A stretch of 64,000 bases of DNA, taken from Cenarchaeum sp. (GTDB lineage Archaea > Thermoproteota > Nitrososphaeria > Nitrososphaerales > Nitrosopumilaceae). Shown piece by piece: positions 32,401 through 44,400 of this stretch; the stretch's first letter is position 1; each line of letters opens with the position of its first letter. The position numbers and the translations under genes were made by a program. Where the stretch lies: NCBI GenBank assembly GCA_963693095.2, contig OY843768.1:544001-608000 (forward strand). Direction: 5' to 3'. The notes beneath the pieces are model-generated. The model searched no databases and had not been told where the DNA came from. It saw nothing but the letters and a program-made list of their open reading frames with translations.

Positions 32401-35400
32401 TGTCGCGTCGCTCTCGCTTCCGGGCGGCGAGGCCAACAGACTGGCGATCATCAATGCAGGCGACGAGCTCTACCTCAATCTCGCCTCCGCGAGCGCAGGC
32501 ACAGACCTCGGCGACCTGACTGCCTCGGGCGTCACGTACACGCCGCGCGCCGGCGGCGCGCTAGTCGACGCGGCGAGAAACGCGTTCGTGACGGACAACG
32601 GCATGGTCGTGGCCACGGCTCTGGCAGACAGGGCGGCCCCCATGTTTGTTCGCGCCGCCTTTGCGACTGGCGGCACTGGCGTGACGCTGACCTTTACTGA
32701 GACGCTCGCCTCGCTGCCCTCCACGCTCGACTTTACGCTGACAACGACGGTGTCGGGCGCGCCGTCGACCACGCTCGGCACGGCGAGCGCCGAGGGCAGC
32801 ATGATAACGATCCAGGTGACGTCTGCCATCACGGCTGCTGATGACGGGACGGTGTACACGTTGACGATCGGCGGCACGGGCGCCATAGAGGACACCAGCG
32901 GCAACGAGTATGCCGGAGCACCTGTGGACGTCATATACGACTCTACGCCGCCGACGTTCACCGCAGGGTTCACCGGCGCGCGCACCATCGTGCTGACCTC
33001 CAATGAGGCCCTCGCGCCGGCGACAGTCGTGGCGGCCAACTTTGGCGTGACGGTGCCCAACGCAGTGTCGGGCGGCGAGCCCGTCAGCGTCGCGCTGGCC
33101 ACGGCAGACCCGGCAGCCGACCCGCCGGTGATGCCCATCGCCTATGACGCGACTGCACTCACAGTCACGCTCACGCTCGCCGCCGACGCGCCGCAGGGCG
33201 TGGTTCACACAATCACGCCGACTGACTCGCTGACCAACGTGGCGCACGTGCCGTACGCCGCCGGTGGCATCATGGCCTCGCGCGCACCCGCCGCGCCGAC
33301 GGCGACTGCCGTGGCTTACACGGTCTTTGAGGGCACAACGTCCACCGAGAGGACTTCGCCGTACGCATCCCACGCGCGCGCCGGCGACACGATCAGGCTC
33401 TCGATCACGCTTGACGGCGAGGCGAGCTCGGTTAGCGTGCTCTTTGTGGGCAAGACGGCCGCTGATGACGCAGTCCCAATGGACCGTGTCGATGCGACTA
33501 ACGAGTGGCGCGCGACGTATATCGTAGAGTCTGCAGGCTCCATAGACGGCCCGTTCACGTTTGTCGCGACGGCGATGACCTCCTCGGGCGCGACGGCGCC
33601 GGTGGACGAGACGACCCTGTCGACGCCGCCGCCTCCGACGATCGACCGCGCCGCACCGACCTTTGGCGCAGAGCTCACGTCTGCGGACACCGTGACGATC
33701 ACGTTTAGCGAGAATGTCAGCGGCACTACGGCGCCGGCCGAGTGGACCGTCGCCGGCTCGACAGTCACAGCAGTCACGCCCTCCTCGCCGTCCTCGGCCA
33801 GCGAGATCGTCCTCACGCTGTCGGCCTCGCGCGTGGGCACGGCACTGGCAGATCCGGACGGTGATGGCCCGCTCGCGGAGATCACGCCGGCAAGCGTGGT
33901 CTATACGCGCCCCGGGCCGTACTCGGCGACTGCGTCTAACACGATCGCCGACGCCGCTGCCCACGACCTCGCCGCAGCCGCCATGACGGCTGAGGCCACG
34001 GGGGTGACTGACGGCGCGCCACCGACGGCCAGGGCGGCCTTTTTGGGCAGCGCGATCGTCATCCTGTTCAGCGAGCCGGTCAACGGAGTGCCGGACACGC
34101 TGCAGGTCACGCAGCCGGGCGCATCGGCCGGCCCGCTTGGCGCAGACCACGCCGACGGCACCGACAGGGCGTCAGTCGCAGTCTCCTCGCCGCCTGCCGG
34201 CGATCACTCTGTCGCGCTGCCCACGGGCATAGATGACGCCGCAGACAACGCGCTCGCCGCCGCCTCGGTGACTGCCACGTACGCGGCGGACACGACTGCG
34301 CCGACGTTCAGGGCAGAGCTGGCCTCGGCGAGCACCGTGAGGATCGTGTTCAACGAGCCCGTCTTTGGCGCGAGTGCCGGCTCCGAGTGGGCAGTCGCCG
34401 GCTCGGGCGTCAGCGCCGTGGTGCCCTCCTCGCCATTTGACGCCACAGAGATCGTCCTCACGCTGGCCGTGGCGCGCACCCAGACCGTCCTGGCCGACAC
34501 CGACGGCACTGGCCCGCTCGCGGAGATCACGGCGGCGAGCGTGATCTACACGCGCCCGTCGACGGGCGATGACACGCTCCGGAACTCGGCGGAGCTTCAC
34601 CTTGCAACCGCCGCCGGCGGCACGACGGCTGCCACGGCGATAGCTGACAAGGCCCCGCCGACGCTCATAGCCGAGAGGCCGACGCTGGACCGCATCGACA
34701 ACACCCACATCGTGACCTTCTCCGAGCCGGTCATGCTGGCGTCAGGCAAGTCGCTGCCAGAGTCGGCGGACTGGACGTTCTCCGGCAGGACCAGCCTGGG
34801 GGACATCCCGGTGCCGTTTAGAGCCCAGACGGGAGAATACTTCTCCTCCGGGGTGGCCTTTGGCTACGCCATCGACCTGGGCACAGGCGACAGGGCGACG
34901 CTGGTCCCGCAGGATACGTCAAGAAGGGACCGCGATAATGGCGTTCCCGCGTTCAGGAACATCGCGCCGGCCACGGTCATGATCACCTTTGACGCGCAGG
35001 CCGACGGCAGGGTCGGCTCGATCGTCGACGCCGAGGGCAACGCGCTGGCAGAGGGGGCCTCGACGCCGGTGGGCGACTTTACGGCGCCGACGTTCACGGC
35101 CAGGACGCTTGGGCTGGCGCTCACAGAGGTCGCGTTCACCGAGGCCGTCACGGGCACGGCGCGCGCGGCGGACTGGTCGGTCTCCGGCACGCAGGCCACC
35201 GGCGTCTCCCTCACCAGTGGCGGCGCAGGCACGGCCACTATCGGGCTCGACCGCCAGTCGGTGATGTACCTCGTCCACGCCGACCTCGCATCGACTGACG
35301 CCGAGCCGACGGTGTCGTACGCGCGCCCGTCCGAGTCAGGAACCGGAACGCTGGCCGACCCCGCGACTATCGTCATGGGCACCGTCAGCACTCCGCTGGA

Positions 35401-38400
35401 GGCCACGGCCGCAGACGGCATCGCCCCGACGGTCAGGACCTCCGAGTTCACCGGGCCGAACAAGCTCGTCATCACGTTCAGCGAGCACCTGGCGGCGTTT
35501 ATACCGGTCAATGTTGATAATGATAGTGGTAAGTATGTTGTATTGCGCTATGGAGAGGCGGTTCCGACAGACATTGGCGAGTACCCCGTAACGCTCCCCG
35601 ACGGCGAGTCCGTGCCTCTCACCGGCACGGCCGACTATGCCGAGCAGGCCACCACCTCGACAGTCACGCTCACGCTGGCCTCGCCCTCGGCGACGGGCAC
35701 GATCCACACAGTGGCGCTCCCCAACAACATAACCGATGACGCACGCAACCAGCTCGCCGTGGACGCGACGGCGAGCGCGACGTACACGGCGTCGACGCAG
35801 ACTGACACCATGCCGCCAACGTTCACGGCGCGCGTGTTCAACACCACACACGTCGTGGTAAAGTTCGACGAGCCCATACAGGGCACGACGGCCGTGGCAG
35901 ACTGGGCGATCACCCTGACGGGCACCACCACGCCAACGCTGGTCGGGGCGACTCAGGATCCTGGTGCGGGCAACAATGCTCCGCGCCTCAAGGGCAGCGC
36001 CACCATACTGGCCGCCCACGAGTTCGACGGCCTGCTGTATGTCGGCGCCCTCAAAGCCGCCCCATTCCTGGCGCTCACTGACACGCCCACGGTGACGTAC
36101 ACGCAGCCGGCGACCGGAGGCCTCACCGACGTGCTGCCCGAGGGGGACACGCCCAACAGGGTGCAGACCGGCAGCACGGTGGCCTTGGCAGGGGACAAGA
36201 CGCGTCCCACGGTCACGTCCGCGGCATTTACGGCCGAGCACACGATCACGGCCACATTCAGCATGGATGTCACGTTCGTGACTGGAGTCGATAACTACGC
36301 GTCAGACGACGCGTGGACGGTGACGTCGCCGAGGGGCAGCCTGGCCGTAGAGTCCGCCGAGCGCACGTCCTCTGACACGTACACGCTCACGCTGGATGAT
36401 GACACCGATACAATTCCTGGCAGGGCGTACATGGTTACCCCAGACGAGAACGTCCTGGACTTTTATGGCAATTCCGCGCTCAGAGTCAGCGGCGGAGACA
36501 CCGGCCCCCTCATGTCATACCCCGTGCAGGCCTACGACGGGCCGCTTGATGCCAGGACACAGACGTCCACCACGACGCTCATCACGTTTGACGGCGGGAG
36601 CCTCACCGGCACGCTCGCCGTGGCCGACTGGGCAGTCGCCGAGGCGGCCCCCGAGACTGCCGCGAGCATTGCCATATCGAGCATCGCGACGGTGACTGCT
36701 GACGGGATGGGCCAGGTCACCGCGACGCCGGTTGACGGCTCCACGCCGGCAGTCACGCACGTGCTGGGATCCACGCCCACAGTCACGTCGCTGCTCATCA
36801 CGCACGCAGAGCTCTCCAACACGGCCTCCACGCCCATAGTCACGTACACGCGCCCTGCGTCTGACGGCCTGATGGCCGGCACGACTGCCGTGCCGACAGG
36901 CCCTGTTGACGCCGCAGACGGCGCGCCGCCGGCGCTTGCCGACAGCGGCTCGCTCTTTATGCTCAGGGCCGATCGCCACACTGCCCAGTCACAATATTAC
37001 ACCCAGAATCCTGCCGGCGCCGGCCATAACGCATGGGTGATCATAAAGCCCACCGAGCCCCTCCATGCCGGCGGCTCGCCCATAGAGTTTATTGGCGCCA
37101 ATCCTACCGACGACAGCTACACTCCATCTGCCGCCGCCGCTGACATTGCGTTCTTCCCCGGCACGTCCTCGCCCGCAGGCGCCCTGGTCGCGGGCAAGGC
37201 CCAGAGCACGCAGGTGTACAACTATTCGTACGCCGTCACGGCCTCCTCGCCGGAGGGCGCCATCCCGTTCACGCTCACCGTGCGCGACGGCGCCGGCAAC
37301 ACGGCGACGTTCACGCAGGCGGACCTGACTGACGACTCGTCTGACACCGGTTCAGGCGCCCTGATAGCCGGCGGGGGATACCGCGTGAGCGTCGACCGGA
37401 CCGCCCCCACGGTCGACTCCTCCGCGTTCACCGCGCCGAACGAGCTCACCATCACGTTCGACGAGCACCTGGTGGCGCTTGCGGCACCGGCGAGTGCGGG
37501 GGCGATCAGGGACGTGGCAGGCGTTCCGACAGACGTTGCCAGGTACCCCACAACGACCCCAGACGGCACCGTGACCCTCACCTCGGCCGTCTATGCCGAG
37601 CAGGCCACCACCTCGACAATCACGCTCACGCTGGCCTCGGCCGCGGCGGCCGGCACGGCCCACACAGTCACGCTTCCCGTCGTGGGAGTTGACCCAAACA
37701 CGCTCACCGCACTGGCAGATGACGCAAAGAACCTCCTCGCGGCCACGACGGCGAGCGCGACGCGCCAGGCATCGGACACCACGGCGCCAGTCGCAAGCTC
37801 GATAGCCTTCGAGGTGTACGACGGCACGCCGGATGCCGGCACGCTAAAGACCGGCGACAGCAGGCTGCTCGCAAGCGACGGGGACACGATCCGCCTGATA
37901 CTGACGCTCAGCGAGGACGCCGCCGGCACGCCGACGATAGAGGTGCACGGCCGGACGGCGGCGGGGACCGCGATGGGCGACAACGGCGACGCGCTGGCCA
38001 CGACGTGGCACCACGACCTGTCCGTGACGTCCTCCTGGACTGAGGCGGCCTATACGTTCACGATCGCAGCGGCCGACGCGGCGACCAACTCGGAGCCCAT
38101 CACGCGGACCGCAGGCCTGGCCGCCGGAGTCACCGTCACCGTGCCGACCATAGACCTGACTGCGCCGACGGCGACTGCGGTCTTCTCGAGCACCAACACG
38201 CTCGTCATCACGGTAGGCGAGGCGCTACTCAACACGAAGGCCCAGGTGGAGGGCTATGCGTTCACCGTGAGCGCCGCCAGCAGCACCGTCTCGCTGGCCA
38301 CAGAAGATCTGATGGCTAACCCGCAGGTGATGCCCATCGTCTATGACGCCACGGCCAGCACGATCACGCTCACGCTGGCCAGCCTCGCGGCGGCGGGCGT

Positions 38401-41400
38401 GGAGCACACCGTCACGCTGCCGGCCGCGCTCACCGACAGGGCCGGCAACGCGTTTGCCTCGCCTGCCGAGGTCGACGCGACGCACATGTTGCCGTTCTTT
38501 TCGGCCGAGACGAGATCAGATAGGACTGTTCTAGTCACGTTTGACGCGGCGCTCACGGGCGCGACGGCGCCATCAGAGTGGCGCGTGGGCACCGCAACGC
38601 CTGCGGGCATCGCAGTTGGGGACGGCACTGCGCTTCCGGTTTCGCAGACGCTGACGGCCGACACAAAGATCACGCTGCACCTTGCATCTGGGGACAGGCT
38701 GGCCCACACTGCGTCCACGCCCACAGTGTCGTACACGAAACCGTCTGGCACCGGCGCCAACGTCCTGAGGGAGGGCACCAACGAGCAGGGCATCACCGGC
38801 ACGGCACTAACGGCAACGGCAGCGGACAAGGCGCCGCCGACTGCGTCGATCACGTCTGGCGAGCTCGACGAGCTAGTCATCACGTTCAGCGAGCCGCTCG
38901 ACTCGGCCACGCTGCCGACGACGTACGAGATCGAGGTAGAGAGCGACGGCACGCTAGTGGACCTGCACGAGACCACCCTTCCAGCGTACGCCGCGCAGGC
39001 GACCTCCTCTACAGTCACAATCACGCTCGCCGATGACGCCACCGTCGAAGTCGAGCTCGTCGTAAAGATACCGAATTCGATAACGGACGCAAACTCCAAT
39101 GCGTACTCGGGCGATTCCCTCTCCGTTACGCCAAAGGCCGCCGCTGACACGACGAGGCCGACGTTCACCGCCGAGACCGTCAGGCCCGGCCACGTCACGA
39201 TAGAGTTTGACGAGCCGGTCTTTGGCGCGACGGCTACGGCCGACTGGAGCGTCGGCGGCGCCACGCCCTCGGGAATCACGGCTACGACAGTAGGCGGCGC
39301 ACCCGTCAGGACGTCGCTGATTCCGAGATTTGTCGAAGGCGTCCAACAGCCACCGCCGCTGGTTCTGGGCCCGATGATCGTGAGAATCGCCGACCCGATC
39401 ACCTCGATGACGCTGCAGCTCAGCCCAACGCTCGGGGCTGACGCAACGCCGAGCGTGGCATACACGGCACCGGCGCCTGAGACGCTCCCGCTCCCGCCCC
39501 CGTCATCGCCGACGAGGGGCCTGCGCGACACGGCGCTGCCCACGTCCAACGGGATGGCGACTGCGACGGTTATGGCAACTGACGGCATAGTGGGCGCCAT
39601 CGTGCCGTCTGCCACGGCGCTCACGCTGAGCACGCTCACCGCCGGCGACACCCCTGCGATCCCGCCGACCCTCGTCGGCACGGGCTACAAGGTCACGTTC
39701 ACCCTCACGCTTGACTCAACGCCGGCCTCGCTGCCGCAGATCAGGCTCTTTACGACGGGTGCGACGGCAACTGCCATGGCCTTGGACAGTGGCCAGGGCG
39801 TGCCGGCCAACACGTACACGCACACGCACACCGTGGTGGCCGCAGACCCCGACGGCCTCCTGTCGCTCTGGATAGACGTGGGCGCAAACACAGTCGTCTC
39901 GCACGTCGCGACGACAGTTGACCAGGGCACGCCGACTGAGAGGATAGAGTATGTCACGACGGGCCTGCCGAGCCAGGCCCCGCCGCCCCTGGCAGTGACA
40001 GTCGACACGACGGCACCGGGCGTTGAGTCCATCGTGCTCGGCTCGCCGCCTGATGACCCGACGACGACCGGAACGGACGAGTCGACAACGCGCTCGACGA
40101 TAACGCTGACGTTCAACGAATTCATGAATCGCCCGACGCTCACCAGGAGCTCGCTCCCCGTGACGCTGTCGACCGGAACGGCAAGTGTCATCGCAGACGA
40201 CACGAACACGGCCGGCATAGACGAGGGCGTGCTCATTGGCCAGGCTCCGCTGAGGTCGCTGACCGACGCGCCCCGCACGCAGGTCACCATCACGCTTGAC
40301 TCCCCGCTGGTGGTCAGCACAGAGTACACGGTCACACCGGCAACCACGGTGACTGACACCGTGGGCAACGCGTACGCCGGCACCGCCGTCTCTGCGACGC
40401 ACACGGTCATACAGCCTCTGGCCTACACGGCGCGCGCGACGTCGACGACAACCACTGTTATCACGCTTGCCGGCGCGCTGGCCTCGTCAGTCACGACGTC
40501 GACTGACCTCGACGAGCTAGAGTGGCATGTCGAGGACGCAGTGAGGGTGGCCGGAGAGCCGTCCGTCTCGGGCTCGCAGAGGATCGTCTCGCTTGCGGCA
40601 GTCACGGCGACTGGCACTGCGCCCACAGTCACGCTCACGCACGCGCCGCTGACAGTCACGCAGACGCCGCTCATAACGTACGTGCCCGGCACGGAGGCCG
40701 ACCTTGCCGGCGACGATGGCGCGCCGCTCATCACGACTGGCGTGCGCGCCGCTGACGGCATTGCGCCGACGGCGACTGCGGCATTTGGCACGGGGCTAGT
40801 CGCCGGCGATGACACGTTCTCGACGGTTCGCCTTACGTTCAGCGAGGCCCTCTCGACAATAACGGGCGCGACATTCGCCGTGAACGGCCCGAGGGTCGAC
40901 TCGGGCAACGGCCCGACAGTCGCGCTCCGGCAGGACGACCCCGCCACTACCGGCGTTGACGAGTCTGCAGCCAATGCCGTCTATGCGGCCGGCCCGCCGG
41001 CCACAGTCACGCTCACGCTTGACTCGGATGTTGCCGACGGCGTGTACACCGTCACGATCACCGGCGTCAGCGACGCGAACAGCAACGCGTACGCCGCCGG
41101 CGCGATCAGCGCGCGCAGCCCAGTCGACTTTGTGCCGCCGCGCACGGACTTCCACGTCTCCTCCTCCTCGTTCACGTCCCTAGACACGCTACGGCTCGAG
41201 TTCAGCGGCGTCCTTGTCAACACGGATGGCGCGCTTGACGGCGTGACGTTTGCGGTGAGCGGCCCGAGGGTCGACTCGGGTGACGCCGGTCCGGCAGTCA
41301 CGCTCCTGCAGGAGAGCGGCAGCCTGTCAGCGTCGGCCGTCTCGCACACCCTCATCACCGAGTCGCTTCCGGGCATGGCGCCCACGCCGGTCAACTCGGT

Positions 41401-44400
41401 CGTGACGCTAAGGCTCAACGCAGACGCCGCTGACGGCGAGTACACCGTCGCGATCGCCGGCGCCAGGCAGGCAGCAGACGCGACTGCCACGCCACCGCGC
41501 CTCGAGCGCGCGTACGCCGCCGGCGACGTCGCCGTGACGCTCGGGCCACTAGAGCCCAGGGCAGTGGAGCTGGACATTGTGGTTGCTGACACCAATGATG
41601 TGGAGCGGACCGGCGAGGCGACCTCGCTTGCGCGCGCCGGCGACAAGATAGTAATCACCGCAACGCTTGCGGACATGACGGCTAGCGCGCCTGTCATTCG
41701 CGCGTTTGGCGCCACTGTGTCAGAAGGCGAAGAGGAGACGACGACCTTTGGCGGCAGCGCCGTGGCCATGACTGCCGGCGCGACTGCGCGCGAGTGGACA
41801 TCAACGTTCACGGTGAGCGCCGCAGACGCAGACACGCCGGTGCCGGCAGCCGACGGCCCGTTCACGTTCCGCATGTCAGCGGACTGCACTGACGCGACTG
41901 ACACGGCCGCAGACCGCGACGGCTGCGTGGACACCGACCACGATGACGCCGCGCTCCTCGGCGCGATGCTGCCGACCATAGACCGGACACCGCCTGTGAT
42001 CGAGGACGTCACCATCGCGACAGTCAACGCCGCGAGCGCAAACGCGCTAGTCGTCGAGTTCAGCGAGCCCATAGCGGCCGGCACGCTCTCGCGCGACAGC
42101 CTCGTGGTGTCCACGGGAACCGGCGCGTCTGCGACGCGCGCGGCACTTGTGGCCGATGACGCCGACGAGGCAGGCGACTCGGCGCTCCTCCACAACGGAG
42201 CGACTGTCACGATCGTGCTCGCCGCCGCGCTGGCCGACGGCACGACGTACGTGATAACGCCGACGAATGCGCTCACCGACATCGCCGGCAACGCGTATGC
42301 GGCCTCGTCATACAGCGCGGCATACGGCTCGCTCGGCTATGCGGCTAGCCTGGAGTCGAGGACGACGACTGTGCTCACGTTCGGCGCCGCGCTACAGTCC
42401 TCACTCGGGGTCGGCTCCACGCTTGACGCCTCGCACTGGCGAGTCGAGGATATTGCCGGCTCGACCCCGCTGGCACTGCGCATCGCCTCGGTGGTTCCCT
42501 CGACTGTGGGTGCGACGACTGTCATGGAGGTGACGTTCAGCGACGCGCTGCGCTCCTCGACGGTGACTGCCTCGTCGATCACCGTCGCGGACTCTGATAA
42601 CAACGCGCTCACGCCGACAGTGTCGCACACGTCGGCCTCGCAAGTCGTGAGGCTCACCTTTGATCCCGCGCTGGCAGCCGGCACGTACACGCTCGGCGCG
42701 ACCACGGCCGTCACGACCACGTCCGGAGAGGCGCTGGGCGCCGCCGTGAGCAGAGCCGTCGCCTGGGACCCAGCCTCGTCGCCGACGGTCCAGTTTGACG
42801 ACGAGGGCCGCCCCACGCCGCACCCCTCGCGCGCCGCCGAGAGGAGCGTGATCTCGGCCACGCTGACGAGAGCCGGCACCTCGCCGCAGGTGACGATCGT
42901 CCACTCGCCGCTGCTCAACACGGACACGCCGGTCATCTCGTACTCGCAGTGCGACGCGGCCTGCCTGGCAGGCGCATCTGGCGCGCCGGTGACGACAGGG
43001 CGCATGGTCGCCGCCGACGGCGCGCCGCCGGAGGTCGTCTACGCCATGCGCACCTCAGACGGCAGGATTGCGATACCCTTCCACGAGGCCGTCGCCGGCA
43101 CGTCCACGGCGACGTTTACGGTGAACGGCCCGAGGGCGAGTGCAAGCGACGCCGGCCCGGCAGTGCCGCTCCACGGCACTCGCGCGACTGCCGTCTCGTA
43201 CAGCGACGCGTCACGGACGATCACGCTAACGCTGGTGGATCCGCTGCCGGAGACCGGCGAGTACACGGTGAGGATGATCGGCCTGACTGACACGGCGAGC
43301 CCCGTCAACCTGTACGACGCGGCTGACACGGTGAGCATATCACCGATCGACATGAGGCCGCCAGTCGAGTCCGTGGCGTTCACGACACCCTCGAGCCTCC
43401 TCGTCACCTTTGGCCTCGGGGTGGCCGGCGTGGGCGACATGGTGGGCGCCGAGGTGTGCGGCACTGCCGTGGAGGAGGGAGTCTCCGTCTTCCGCTGCGT
43501 CCTCGTCCCGTCTGATGAGACAGAGGGCACGGGCCTGACTGGCATCTCGGTCAGCTATCGGCGCGTCACCTCGTCAGTTGTCAACGGCGAGACAGTGCTG
43601 GCGCCACACTCCTCCTCCACGCTCGCCGGCGCGACCTTTGAGCTGCGCGGCCCGCGCGTTGACGACTCTGATCCCGGCCCGGTCATTGGCATATCGCAGG
43701 CGGCGTACTCTGGCGTCCCGCCGCCCACCGTCGGCATCGCGCTGGGCTCGCCGGTCTCGCCCGGCGCGTACTCGCTGAGCATCGCCGGCGTGACCGGCAT
43801 CACGCAACTGCGCCACGAGCTGGTCACTAGCATCGGCGTCGTCCTCGAGGCGCCAAGGCGCGCGGCGACTGCAATAGAGTACGATGTCCTAAAGGGCGCA
43901 GAGGGCAGCAAGACCATCGTGACTCCGGGCGACGGCAGGCTCTCACAGTTTGTGGGGGCTGGCGATGACATTAGGCTGACAGTCACGCTCAACGAGGCAG
44001 TCACGATGGCGCCGCAGGTCCGCTTTGTCGGCAAGGTCACAGCCGACGACGCCGACACGGCCGTTGACGAGTCCCTCGGCGTGCCGATGAGCGCAGTCTC
44101 GGGCAGGACCAACACGTGGACCACGACGTACACGGTAGAGACTGCCGAGCAGAACGCGGGACTGCGCGACGGGCCGTTCACGTTTGAGATACCGCACCCC
44201 GACGGCGTGTCTGTCGGCCCGACGATCACCGGCGCCTCTGGCCACGCCGCGCCGCTCATCGCGGCAAACAATGGCGTGCCGATAGGCCCTGTGGTGGACA
44301 CTGACCCGAGCAGCCCAACGTTCGAGCAGGTCCTCGACAGGCTTCACTCGGCGCCGACACCGCCGACGATAGACCGCACGGCGCCGACGATAGCGACAGT

